From NCBI GenBank assembly GCA_030830565.1, contig JAURMR010000042.1, forward strand, positions 34,072 to 98,071: a DNA stretch of 64,000 nt. The letters are read 5' to 3'. Position numbers and translations under genes: made by a program. The first letter of the stretch is position 1, and each line of letters starts with the position of its first letter. Shown piece by piece: positions 10,184 through 19,086 of the stretch. The notes below the pieces were generated by a model. It made no database searches. It was not told the DNA's origin and saw only the letters and a list, made by a program, of their open reading frames with translations. Source of the DNA: Acidimicrobiales bacterium. GTDB lineage: Bacteria; Actinomycetota; Acidimicrobiia; Acidimicrobiales; Acidimicrobilacustridaceae.

Positions 10184-10489
10184 TCAGTCCTGCTGTATCG
10201 TGGCCCAAAGGCCATGTTCGTGCAGACGGAAAACATCGAGCTCTGCCTTTTCTTTTGAGCCGTTCGAAACGACTGCTCGTCCCTTCTCATGAACATCAAG
10301 CATGAGCGACTCAGCCTTCTCATGGCTGTAGCCAAAAACTTTTTGCAGTACGTAGGTCACGTACGACATCAGATTGATTGGATCATTCCAAACAAGAACG
10401 ATCCACGGATGATCGACGTTGAGATTTGTGTCGATTGATGGTTCATCAATTTCAACCGGCGCAACATCGGAAGCATGCGGACGCGTCAT
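10184..10489 (-). CDS. clpS: Clp protease N-degron adaptor ClpS
   Basis: [30 protein letters not shown]. Confidence 0.95.
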   Translation of the reverse strand: MTRPHASDVAPVEIDEPSIDTNLNVDHPWIVLVWNDPINLMSYVTYVLQKVFGYSHEKAESLMLDVHEKGRAVVSNGSKEKAELDVFRLHEHGLWATIQQD

Positions 10490-11424
10490 GACGTTGTTGA
10501 CGGTGATTCACTCGGATCGGTTTCAAGTGGCCGTGCAACGAGTGAAAGGTCGAATGCAAGTACTGCGATCCAGACCACCACACTGCCGAATACGTGAATG
10601 AGTACAAGGCCGGGTGGAACGCTGTTGAAATATTGGACGTAACCGATCACGCCCTGAATGACGATCGCCGCGACGAGATACTTCGCGCGTCGGTTCACAC
10701 TGAGCGGCGCTCCAGTTCGATGCAGGATGAAAAGCGTGACGATTGTGAGTGCGAGAAAAATCCACACCGTGATGCTGTGAACGCGTGCAACTGATGTGAT
10801 ATCGAAGGAAAGGCGTTCGACATTTTCGTCACCACCGTGTGGGCCAGTGCCGGTAACGATCGTTCCTGTGAACAACGTGAGCGCTGAGACAACAACCAGG
10901 ACGCGACCAAGAATGCGCGCGTTGCGCGGAACGACTGGTAGAGCAGGAGACTGCGCGTATTTCGAACGCTCATGAAGAACGAATGCATTCCAAATCAACA
11001 CAATCGAGACAGCGAAGTGCGCAATCACGAACGGTGGCTGAAGTTCGAATAACACCGTGAGGCCACCGAGAACGATTTGTCCGATGACGCCCGCAACGAG
11101 TCCGAGCGAAAGCCACGTGAGATCTCGACGGCGCGGTGTCCGAATGAGCGAACCGAGCACAGCGAGAATGACCGCGACGGATACAAAGCCGGTGACAGTT
11201 CGGTTTACGAACTCGATCATGGCGTGGTACTCGAGTGGCGCGACGATCTGATTTTCTTCGCAGGTTGGCCAGTCGGAGCATCCGAGTCCCGAACCGGTCA
11301 GTCGGACGGCGGCGCCGCTGACGGTGATGAACACCTGCGCGAGCAGGGCCACAAGGGTGATGCGCCGGTAGGCCCGAGGGGAGAGTCGAGGCAACCGCAC
11401 GGTGCCGATGGTACGGGAGTCCAC
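10486..11424 (-). CDS. ctaA: Heme A synthase (COX15/CtaA)
   Basis: [35 protein letters not shown]; about 8 TM segments. Confidence 0.93.
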   Translation of the reverse strand: MDSRTIGTVRLPRLSPRAYRRITLVALLAQVFITVSGAAVRLTGSGLGCSDWPTCEENQIVAPLEYHAMIEFVNRTVTGFVSVAVILAVLGSLIRTPRRRDLTWLSLGLVAGVIGQIVLGGLTVLFELQPPFVIAHFAVSIVLIWNAFVLHERSKYAQSPALPVVPRNARILGRVLVVVSALTLFTGTIVTGTGPHGGDENVERLSFDITSVARVHSITVWIFLALTIVTLFILHRTGAPLSVNRRAKYLVAAIVIQGVIGYVQYFNSVPPGLVLIHVFGSVVVWIAVLAFDLSLVARPLETDPSESPSTTS

Positions 11425-11522
11425 TCAACCTTCCCCAACCCCAGCGGCTCGGTGACGTGAAGATTCCGGAGCGACTGCCCCGATTGTCCGCCTCGGGACC
11501 CATCGCCCTAGCATCGGCCCCG

Positions 11523-12419
11523 ATGGAATCGGTCGCGCAACCACCCCTCGCAGCGCGGCTTCGGGGGTATATCGCCCTTACGAAACCCCGCATCATTGAG
11601 CTTCTGCTCATTACGACGGTGCCCACGATGATCGTGGCCGAGCGTGGTTTGCCGTCCTGGTGGCTCATGCTGGCAACGGTGGTGGGTGGAACCGGAGCGG
11701 CCGGTGGCGCCAACGCCATCAACATGTACGTCGATCGGGACATTGACGCCCTCATGCGTCGAACCCGCAATCGCCCACTGGTCACGGGGCTGATTCAGCC
11801 CCGGAATGCCCTGATTTTCGCTATCGGGCTTGAAGCCGTCGCTTTCGTATGGCTCTGGGTCTTCGTGAACCTTTTGAGTGCCATTCTGGCCGTTTCGGCC
11901 TGTCTGTTCTATGTCTTCATCTACACGTTGTGGTTGAAGCGAACCTCGAGCAGCAACATCGTGATCGGTGGAGCGGCTGGAGCTGCTCCGGTGCTTATCG
12001 GCTGGTCCGCCGTCACCGATTCCCTCGCTTGGGCCCCGGTTCTGCTCTTCGCCATCATCTTCTTTTGGACCCCGCCTCATTTCTGGGCCCTGGCCATTCG
12101 TTACGAAGAGGACTACACCGCGGCCGATGTTCCGATGCTCCCGTCGGTGGTTTCTCGTCACGAGACTGCCGTCCGGATCCTCGTCTATACGCTCATCGTC
12201 TGGGCGCTGACTATCGCCTTCATTCCCGTCGGAGATATGGGCTGGATCTACGCGGTACTCGCCGTCGGTTTGGGCGGTTTCTTCACCTATTTGTCTGTGC
12301 AATTGCTGCGCGATCCGACAACCGAACGGGCAATGCGACTGTTCACGTTCTCGATCACGTGGGTGACGCTGCTCTTCGCCGGCATGGCACTCGATCAGCT
12401 GGTTCGATCCGGACTCTGA
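11523..12419 (+). CDS. ctaB: Protoheme IX farnesyltransferase (heme O synthase)
   Basis: TKPRII, NMYVDRDIDALMRRTRNRPL, WTPPHFWAL; start at ATG 11523 (alternative GTG 11457). Confidence 0.95.
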   Translation: MESVAQPPLAARLRGYIALTKPRIIELLLITTVPTMIVAERGLPSWWLMLATVVGGTGAAGGANAINMYVDRDIDALMRRTRNRPLVTGLIQPRNALIFAIGLEAVAFVWLWVFVNLLSAILAVSACLFYVFIYTLWLKRTSSSNIVIGGAAGAAPVLIGWSAVTDSLAWAPVLLFAIIFFWTPPHFWALAIRYEEDYTAADVPMLPSVVSRHETAVRILVYTLIVWALTIAFIPVGDMGWIYAVLAVGLGGFFTYLSVQLLRDPTTERAMRLFTFSITWVTLLFAGMALDQLVRSGL

Positions 12420-12599
12420 GGTCCTCGGACCGTTACCAAGGTCCTCGGTCGAAACAATCTGCCCGATGGGTTTCAATCAGGCATCCGGGCATGTGTAGGG
12501 TGAGATCCGTCCCGCCCTTGATCCGGAGGGTCCCCCCTTCGGTCGAGACCGGCCCGTGCCGGCCCGAGTGTGCACGCTCGTACGAGGTCCTTACAGAAC

Positions 12600-14162
12600 A
12601 TGGCTCTAACCGACACCCGACCGGAATCCGGTACCGACGCAAGTGCGGTCGCCCCTTCCGTCGTACCCAGTCCCCTCACCATCTTCGGAACCGGTGATCA
12701 CAAAGCAGTTGGCATGTTCTATGTGCTCGCTGCGTTGGTCTTCGGAATCGCAGGTTGGATCGCCGCAGCACTTGCTGCAGGGCATGAAGTCGGTTCAGGT
12801 TCATTCCTGACCGACTCCACAAGCACACAACTCTTTCAGACATCCAATTTGGGCCTGATTTTGCTGGTTATTGTGCCGCTCTTCCTCGGGCTCGCGACCT
12901 ACATCGTTCCATTGCAGGTTGGTGCGAGCACCGTCGCATTCCCCCGCGCTGCTGCCGGCGCAATGTGGACATGGTTGCTCTCGTCCGGGGTTTTCATCGT
13001 CGCTTCATTTATTGATGGCGGCTTCGGAGGCGAACGCGCAAAGTCCGTGAGCCTCACGCTTCTCGCACTCGGCGGCCTCATCATTGCGCTGCTTCTTGGC
13101 ACAGTGTGTGTCCTCACAACCGCCGTCACGTTGCGCACGCCGGGCATGACGCTCGATCGCGTCCCGATGTTCACCTTCTCCATGCTTGTGGGCGGCGCCA
13201 TCTGGCTGCTCACGCTTCCGGTGTTGCTCGCGAACCTTCTTCTCATCTGGGTCGATCACCGCTACGGCGGCGGCACGGTGTTCGGTGCGGCGAGCTCGCA
13301 ATTCGGTCAGGTGGCATGGATCACCCACGAGCCGCAGATCTACGCCTTCCTTGTTCCCGGACTCGGCATCGTGGCCGACATCGTTGCCACCCTCACCGGT
13401 GCTCGCCTTGGTAAGCGCAATCTTCTGCTGTTCGCAGTTGGCGCATTCGGTGTCCTCAGCGTCGGCGCGTGGGCTCAGCCCGCGATCTACCCGGCATTTT
13501 CTGACGATGTTGTCTGGCAAGCGATGGGACTTCTCGTCCTGCTCCCGCTCTTGCTTCTTCTCGGAGGCGTTGCCACCGCGTTCAAGAATGGCAAGCCATC
13601 GCTGAAGAGCCCACTGGGCCTTGCGGTCGTTTCCATCGTGCTTACCGTTCTCGGCGTTCTTGCTGGTGCCTTGTTGGTCATTACGCCCCTTGAACTGCGC
13701 ACTACAAGCTTCTTCGTCAATGGTCAGTTCATCCTGGTGATCGGCGCCGCCCTCACTGCTGGTGTGGCCGGCATTGGCTACTGGGGTCCGAAAATGACCG
13801 GTGGCCAGCTGGCCGACGGCATTGGCAAGCTCAACGTTCTGCTCATGCTTGGTGGCGGCATCCTCGGCGGCGTTTCACTCTGTGTCGTTGGTTTCTCCAC
13901 CCGATTCAGCGGTCTTTCGGGCTCGCACGACACGCTTGTCGTCATCTCGGCGGTTGGCTGCGTGCTGTTTGCACTGGGTTCGCTTCTTGCCATCCTTGGC
14001 CTCCTCAGTGGCGCTCGTAAGGGTGCGACCGAGGCCGGCGCAGACGCTTGGGGCACTGGTCAGACCCTTGAATGGGCCTGCGCGTCACCGCCCCCCACTG
14101 GAAACTTCGGCGACCTTGCCGTTGTTCGTTCGCCCGAGCCGTTGCTCGACGAGGAGGCCTGA
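12600..14162 (+). CDS. Degenerate cytochrome c oxidase subunit I paralogue with no canonical metal ligands
   Basis: Keeps DHK, PLQVGA, VAFPR, PGM, YWGPK, TLEW, SPPP.GNF; His ligand positions read QTSN, WITHEPQIY, AWAQP, NGQFI. Confidence 0.88.
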   Translation: MALTDTRPESGTDASAVAPSVVPSPLTIFGTGDHKAVGMFYVLAALVFGIAGWIAAALAAGHEVGSGSFLTDSTSTQLFQTSNLGLILLVIVPLFLGLATYIVPLQVGASTVAFPRAAAGAMWTWLLSSGVFIVASFIDGGFGGERAKSVSLTLLALGGLIIALLLGTVCVLTTAVTLRTPGMTLDRVPMFTFSMLVGGAIWLLTLPVLLANLLLIWVDHRYGGGTVFGAASSQFGQVAWITHEPQIYAFLVPGLGIVADIVATLTGARLGKRNLLLFAVGAFGVLSVGAWAQPAIYPAFSDDVVWQAMGLLVLLPLLLLLGGVATAFKNGKPSLKSPLGLAVVSIVLTVLGVLAGALLVITPLELRTTSFFVNGQFILVIGAALTAGVAGIGYWGPKMTGGQLADGIGKLNVLLMLGGGILGGVSLCVVGFSTRFSGLSGSHDTLVVISAVGCVLFALGSLLAILGLLSGARKGATEAGADAWGTGQTLEWACASPPPTGNFGDLAVVRSPEPLLDEEA

Positions 14163-14164
14163 GC

Positions 14165-14755
14165 ATGACCGCCCACGTCCTTCCCCCGGCCCCTCCCGTC
14201 CAGCGCCCCCGCGTGCTGGTTGTTGGTGCTGCCTTTGCCGCTGCGGCATCGTTCATGGTCTTCGTCGGCCTGATCGGTATCTATCTCACCACTCGTTCCG
14301 ATGTCATCGGAGCCGGTTCCTCGTGGCTTCCTGAGGGTTCGACGATTCCCCTTCAGCAGCCGAACACGATGTTCATCACGCTGATCATGACGGTCTTCAC
14401 GATGCAGTGGGCCGTTTGGGCGATTTCCAAGAATGATCGAGTCAACGCGTATCTCGCACTTGGCCTCACGCTCATGCTTGGCATTGCCACGATCGTCATG
14501 ACGACCTACCTCTGGACGCTCATGAAGCTCGATATCGCTTCTGGAACTCAGGGTGTTCTCATCTACACAATCACCGGCGCACACATCGTGATGCTGGTGC
14601 TCGCGATGTTGTTTGTCGCCCTCATGGCCCTTCGGGCCTTGGGTGGGCAGTTCACTGCTCGCCAACACGATGGCATTACCGCCGCTGCCGTTTATTGGTA
14701 CGCAATGGTTGCCGTCTATGCCCTGATCTGGATCTCCATCTACGTCACCAAGTAG
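14165..14755 (+). CDS. Degenerate cytochrome c oxidase subunit III paralogue
   Basis: About 5 TM; YTITGAHIVM and AVYWYAMV align with CtaE YTLTGFHGIH and LYWHFVD; RBS GAGGAGG. Confidence 0.82.
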   Translation: MTAHVLPPAPPVQRPRVLVVGAAFAAAASFMVFVGLIGIYLTTRSDVIGAGSSWLPEGSTIPLQQPNTMFITLIMTVFTMQWAVWAISKNDRVNAYLALGLTLMLGIATIVMTTYLWTLMKLDIASGTQGVLIYTITGAHIVMLVLAMLFVALMALRALGGQFTARQHDGITAAAVYWYAMVAVYALIWISIYVTK

Positions 14756-14761
14756 GCCGCC

Positions 14762-15622
14762 ATGCTCTCCTCGCGGATGTTCACAACAGCGTTTCGGTTC
14801 TTCGCCGGTCTGGCGGTCTTTTCGCTGATCGCCGCGTTCGCCGTCGGCCTCACCAGCGAGACGCAGTCGCTGATGAACCGAGTTCTCGGACCACTCACCC
14901 TCGGCTGGAAGGGCGGCGTCGGAAACCACTTCGCCTACACGATCTTCCTTGGTCTTGCGGTTGCAGCTGCTGCGCTGGCGGGTCTTCTGATTGCATTCCG
15001 TGACGCCGACCCGGACGCCGAAGCGCAGATCGTTCACATGGAATCGGTGCCGCTTACCCGAGCACCGTCCGGCGTGAACTACCTCCCAGCGCTTGGTGCA
15101 CTTGCTTTCGTCCTCATGCTCATTGGTCTTGCCACCGAGAGCGGCGGCCTCACCATGGCCGCAATTGCAGTCATGGTCGTTGTGGCGTTCACCTGGACGG
15201 TCCGCACTTGGGCCGAGCGAGCAACCGGCGACGATCACACCAACGCCGAGCTCTACCACCGCTTCATTGACCCGTTCCGGGTTCCGGTGATTTCGATCCT
15301 CGTTATTGGCCTTGTTGCTATCGGTCTCTCCCGAGTTCTTCTTTCGGTCTCGAAGATCGGCTCGGTGTGGGTCTTCGGCTTGGTCGCCCTGGCGTTCTTC
15401 CTTATTGCGGTGCTTCTCGCCCTGAAGCCGTCCTCGGCGAGGTGGGTCACCACCGCAGTCGTCGTGATTGGTGCCATCGCAATCGTTGCTGCCGGTATCG
15501 CCGGTGCGGTCATTGGCGAGCGCGAGATCGAACACCATGGCTCCGAGACACACAGCTCCGAAGGTGCTGTTGGCCTTCACCCTGGCGACCCCGTCGAGAT
15601 TCAGGGCGGAACCTCCGCATGA
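14762..15622 (+). CDS. Multi-TM membrane protein, N-terminal half resembling actinobacterial CtaF
   Basis: About 7 TM; RFFAGLAVF and APSGVNYLP recall CtaF RLF...PHSWWP; His-containing tail. Confidence 0.65.
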   Translation: MLSSRMFTTAFRFFAGLAVFSLIAAFAVGLTSETQSLMNRVLGPLTLGWKGGVGNHFAYTIFLGLAVAAAALAGLLIAFRDADPDAEAQIVHMESVPLTRAPSGVNYLPALGALAFVLMLIGLATESGGLTMAAIAVMVVVAFTWTVRTWAERATGDDHTNAELYHRFIDPFRVPVISILVIGLVAIGLSRVLLSVSKIGSVWVFGLVALAFFLIAVLLALKPSSARWVTTAVVVIGAIAIVAAGIAGAVIGEREIEHHGSETHSSEGAVGLHPGDPVEIQGGTSA

Positions 15623-15694
15623 GCACCGCCGCTTTTTGTTTCCTGCTGAACCGGGTGGAATCTTCCGCCCGGTTGGCGCGTTCGGCTCAGACTG

Positions 15695-15711
15695 GTGAAC
15701 ACTTTGTTCAC
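15695..15711. promoter_or_regulatory. Palindromic candidate operator upstream of ctaC
   Basis: GTGAACA-CTT-TGTTCAC perfect inverted repeat in the intergenic region. Confidence 0.45.
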
Positions 15712-15807
15712 ACCGTTCAGTACTGCAGCAGTCCCAATGGCCGCGGCCTTCTGTCGTCGGTTCCTTCGCCCCGGAGCGGGTTCGAACCCGCCTTTCGAGG
15801 AGAGTAA

Positions 15808-17028
15808 ATGCAGCGCCTTCCCAAAATTGTCCGCATTCTTGCGGTGATCTCGTTTACGGCCGTGGTGGTGCTTTTTGCAGCACTCATCGTGAACTCGTTT
15901 CAAAACAGCGGCAAGCCTCTGACCTCTCTTGCTCCGCAAGGCCCGTCAGCAGAGAGCATTCAGCAATTGCTCGTGCCCGTGACGTCAATCGCTGCCATCG
16001 TCTTTGTTCTCGTTCTTGGCGCAATCGTCTTCATCACGTGGAAGTTCCGTGAACGCACCGACTCTGATCCTGAGGAGTTCCCCTCACAGGTTCACGGGAA
16101 GACCACTCTCGAAATCGGTTGGACAATTCTTCCTGCACTCATCCTTGCTGGCATCGCAGTTGGCACGGTGATGACGATCATCAACCTCAACCGCGAAGAA
16201 CCCAATTCTCTGAATGTTCAGGTTGCTGGCCAGCAGTGGTGGTGGGAGTACAAATACGACCTCAACAACGATGGCAACTTTGATGGCCCCGAAGATGTCA
16301 CCACAGCAACGGAAATGGTTATCCCCGCCGGCAAACCCGTGCAGGTCACGACCACCTCACACGATGTCATCCACTCGTTCTGGATTCCAGGTCTGAATGG
16401 CAAGAAGGACGCAGTTCCTGGCCTTCGCAGCCCACTCAAGTTGCAGGCCGATGAGCCGGGCGTCTTCCGTGGTCAGTGCACGGAATTCTGCGGCCTCTCT
16501 CACGCCAATATGCGCATGCTTGTTCGCGCTGTTTCAAGCAGCGAGTACGACGCGTGGGTCAAGAATCAGCTCAAGGACCATGGCGCTGATCCCACCGATC
16601 CCGTTGCCGCTGAAGGCAAGAAGGTCTGGCTGTCGCTTTGCGCACAGTGCCACGTCATCGACGGCATCAACGATCTGAAGATGAAGGAAACGCCGCCGCC
16701 GCTGGTCGCAGGAGTTGCTCCGAATCTCACCCACCTCATGACGCGCGGAACTTTCGCTGGTTCGATTTTCAACCTGTACGAGCCAGTCGCCTCTGACGGC
16801 GAAGCTCTCCCGATGAGCGATGTTGCTGCTGCGGGCGATCCGGGTGCTGCGCTCACCGGCGGCAAGGTTGATACAGCATCGGTCAACCGAGTCACTCTTG
16901 AAGCATGGTTGCGTAACGCCCCGGCACTGAAGCCGATGTATCCGCAGGGCGGGCGCGGCATGCCGAATTTGAATCTCACTGAAGAGCAGATCGACCAATT
17001 GGTCGCATTCCTTGAGACGCTGAACTGA
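15808..17028 (+). CDS. ctaC: Cytochrome c oxidase subunit II with fused cytochrome c (caa3 type)
   Basis: LEIGWT, QWWWEY, VIHSFW, CuA motif CTEFCGLSHANM, heme c motif CAQCH. Confidence 0.96.
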   Translation: MQRLPKIVRILAVISFTAVVVLFAALIVNSFQNSGKPLTSLAPQGPSAESIQQLLVPVTSIAAIVFVLVLGAIVFITWKFRERTDSDPEEFPSQVHGKTTLEIGWTILPALILAGIAVGTVMTIINLNREEPNSLNVQVAGQQWWWEYKYDLNNDGNFDGPEDVTTATEMVIPAGKPVQVTTTSHDVIHSFWIPGLNGKKDAVPGLRSPLKLQADEPGVFRGQCTEFCGLSHANMRMLVRAVSSSEYDAWVKNQLKDHGADPTDPVAAEGKKVWLSLCAQCHVIDGINDLKMKETPPPLVAGVAPNLTHLMTRGTFAGSIFNLYEPVASDGEALPMSDVAAAGDPGAALTGGKVDTASVNRVTLEAWLRNAPALKPMYPQGGRGMPNLNLTEEQIDQLVAFLETLN

Positions 17029-17070
17029 GCATTGTGATGAACGTCCGCACCGCATTCTTTGGAGTTGGTC

Positions 17071-19086
17071 ATGGCACTAACTGAAGACCGCCCGCTTGCC
17101 CTCCCGTCGGGTGATACCGACGACGGCTACACGCCCACTGGCGTGTTCACACGACCGACGGCCGAAACCGGCGTTCGCTCATGGTTCACCACCGTCGATC
17201 ACAAGAAGATCGGCATCATGTACGGCGCTGCCGCGATCTTCTTCCTCATCATTGGTGGTGTTGAAGCGCTTCTCATCCGCATGCAGCTGTGGGCACCGCG
17301 TGGCTCACTTCTCAGCGCCAACCTGTACAACCAGGTGTACACAATGCACGGCACGACGATGGTCTTCCTCGTCGTTATGCCGATTGGTGCTGCGTTTGCG
17401 AACTACCTCATCCCGCTGCAGATCGGTGCTCGCGACGTTGCGTTCCCCCGAATCAATGCCTTCAGTTTCTGGGCATTCCTCTTCGGCGGTTTGTTCCTCA
17501 ACACCAGTTGGATCATGGGTGGTGGCGCGGACGGCGGTTGGTTCATGTACGCCCCGAACAGCGGCGTCATTTTCTCACCGACTCATGGCATCGACTTCTG
17601 GAACCTCGGACTCATCATCACCGGTATCGCATCGCTCACCGGTGCGGTGAACCTCATCGTGACGGTGCTCAATATGCGAGCTCCGGGCATGACACTCATG
17701 CGAATGCCGATCTTCACTTGGATGGCGTTGGTCTCTCAGTTCCTCTTGCTGTTCGCAATCCCCGTGCTCACCTCGGCACAGATCTTGCTCATGCTTGATC
17801 GTGGCTTCGACGCCAACTTCTTCAACGTGCAGAAGGGCGCGAATCCGCTTCTGTGGGAGCACCTCTTCTGGATCTTTGGTCACCCCGAGGTGTACCTGAT
17901 GATCCTTCCCGCCTTCGGTTTGGTATCGGAAATCCTTCCCACCTTCGCCCGCAAGCCCATCTTCGGATACCCATTCATTGTCTTCTCGGGCATCGCGATC
18001 GGCTTCATGGGTTGGGGCGTGTGGGCGCACCACATGTTCGTGTCCGGTATCGGTCCGATCTCTGTCACTGCGTTCTCACTCACCACCATGTTCATTGCGG
18101 TACCAACCGGTGTGAAGATCTTGAACTGGACCGCCACCATGTGGGGCGGCAAGTTGAGGTTCAGCTCGCCGATGCTGTTCTCGATTGGCCTTGTCACCAT
18201 GTTCACCATTGGTGGTCTGTCGGGTGTCATGCACTCGGTTGCTCCGATGGACTCGCAGCAGACCGACACCTACTTCATCGTCGCCCACTTCCATTACGTC
18301 CTCTTCGGTGGAGCGTTCTTCGGATTCATGGGCGCGTTCTACTTCTACTGGCCCAAGGCGTTCGGCTACATGCTGAACGAGAGTCTTGGAAAGGCGAACT
18401 TCTGGTTGATGCTTCTCGGCTTCAACCTGACCTTCGCTCCGATGCATGTGCTCGGCCTCCAGGGCATGAGCCGTCGCATCTACACCTACGACGCGGGCTA
18501 CGGCTTCGAGTTCTGGAACAAGGTCGCCACGATTGGTGCGTTCACGCTCGCCAGCAGCGTTGCGTTGTTCGTGTTCAACATCTTCTACAGCAAGTCGAAG
18601 GCGAAGAACCTTCCGCCGGTCGGACCCGATCCATGGGATAGCCGCACCATTGAGTGGATGGTTCCGTCGCCGACTCCGGTGTACAACTTCGATCCCATCC
18701 CGACTGTTACTCGTGTGGATGACTTCTGGTACCGCAAGTACGGCGAGACCAAGGACGGCAAGCTCGTTCGCATCGCCTCAACTGCCGAGGTTGCCCAACA
18801 GCGCACTGATGGCAAAGGTATTCACCTTCCCTCGCCGTCGTATTGGCCAATCGTCCTTGCCTTTGGTCTTCCGATTGTTGGCTATGGACTCATCTTCAGC
18901 CTTTGGCTTGCCCTTATCGGTGGCATCATCGTTGTCGGCGGTATCTACGGCTGGGTCATGGAACCGCCGGATGATCCCGATGCAGCACATGACGATCACG
19001 GATCCGACGCTCATGCTTCCGATGGTGGCGACGCCGCGGTGACCGACTCCAAAGACGCAGTGAAGGAGGTCGAGACCGTTGGCTGA
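17071..19086 (+). CDS. ctaD: Cytochrome c oxidase subunit I (A1 type) with two extra C-terminal helices
   Basis: TMHG, GHPEVY, WAHH, AHFHY, SRR; D-channel D/N/N and K-channel Lys present; C-terminal PSPSYWP extension. Confidence 0.98.
   Translation: MALTEDRPLALPSGDTDDGYTPTGVFTRPTAETGVRSWFTTVDHKKIGIMYGAAAIFFLIIGGVEALLIRMQLWAPRGSLLSANLYNQVYTMHGTTMVFLVVMPIGAAFANYLIPLQIGARDVAFPRINAFSFWAFLFGGLFLNTSWIMGGGADGGWFMYAPNSGVIFSPTHGIDFWNLGLIITGIASLTGAVNLIVTVLNMRAPGMTLMRMPIFTWMALVSQFLLLFAIPVLTSAQILLMLDRGFDANFFNVQKGANPLLWEHLFWIFGHPEVYLMILPAFGLVSEILPTFARKPIFGYPFIVFSGIAIGFMGWGVWAHHMFVSGIGPISVTAFSLTTMFIAVPTGVKILNWTATMWGGKLRFSSPMLFSIGLVTMFTIGGLSGVMHSVAPMDSQQTDTYFIVAHFHYVLFGGAFFGFMGAFYFYWPKAFGYMLNESLGKANFWLMLLGFNLTFAPMHVLGLQGMSRRIYTYDAGYGFEFWNKVATIGAFTLASSVALFVFNIFYSKSKAKNLPPVGPDPWDSRTIEWMVPSPTPVYNFDPIPTVTRVDDFWYRKYGETKDGKLVRIASTAEVAQQRTDGKGIHLPSPSYWPIVLAFGLPIVGYGLIFSLWLALIGGIIVVGGIYGWVMEPPDDPDAAHDDHGSDAHASDGGDAAVTDSKDAVKEVETVG

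Noticed and set aside
11508-12476. 322-aa minus-strand ORF
   Set aside because: Antisense shadow of ctaB
12600-14162. Calling the subunit I paralogue a pseudogene, a cbb3 subunit or an NO reductase
   Set aside because: The ORF is full length and uninterrupted; cbb3 and NOR enzymes keep the His ligands, which this protein lacks
14060-15580. 506-aa minus-strand ORF
   Set aside because: Antisense shadow of the III' and CtaF-like membrane genes; no recognisable motifs
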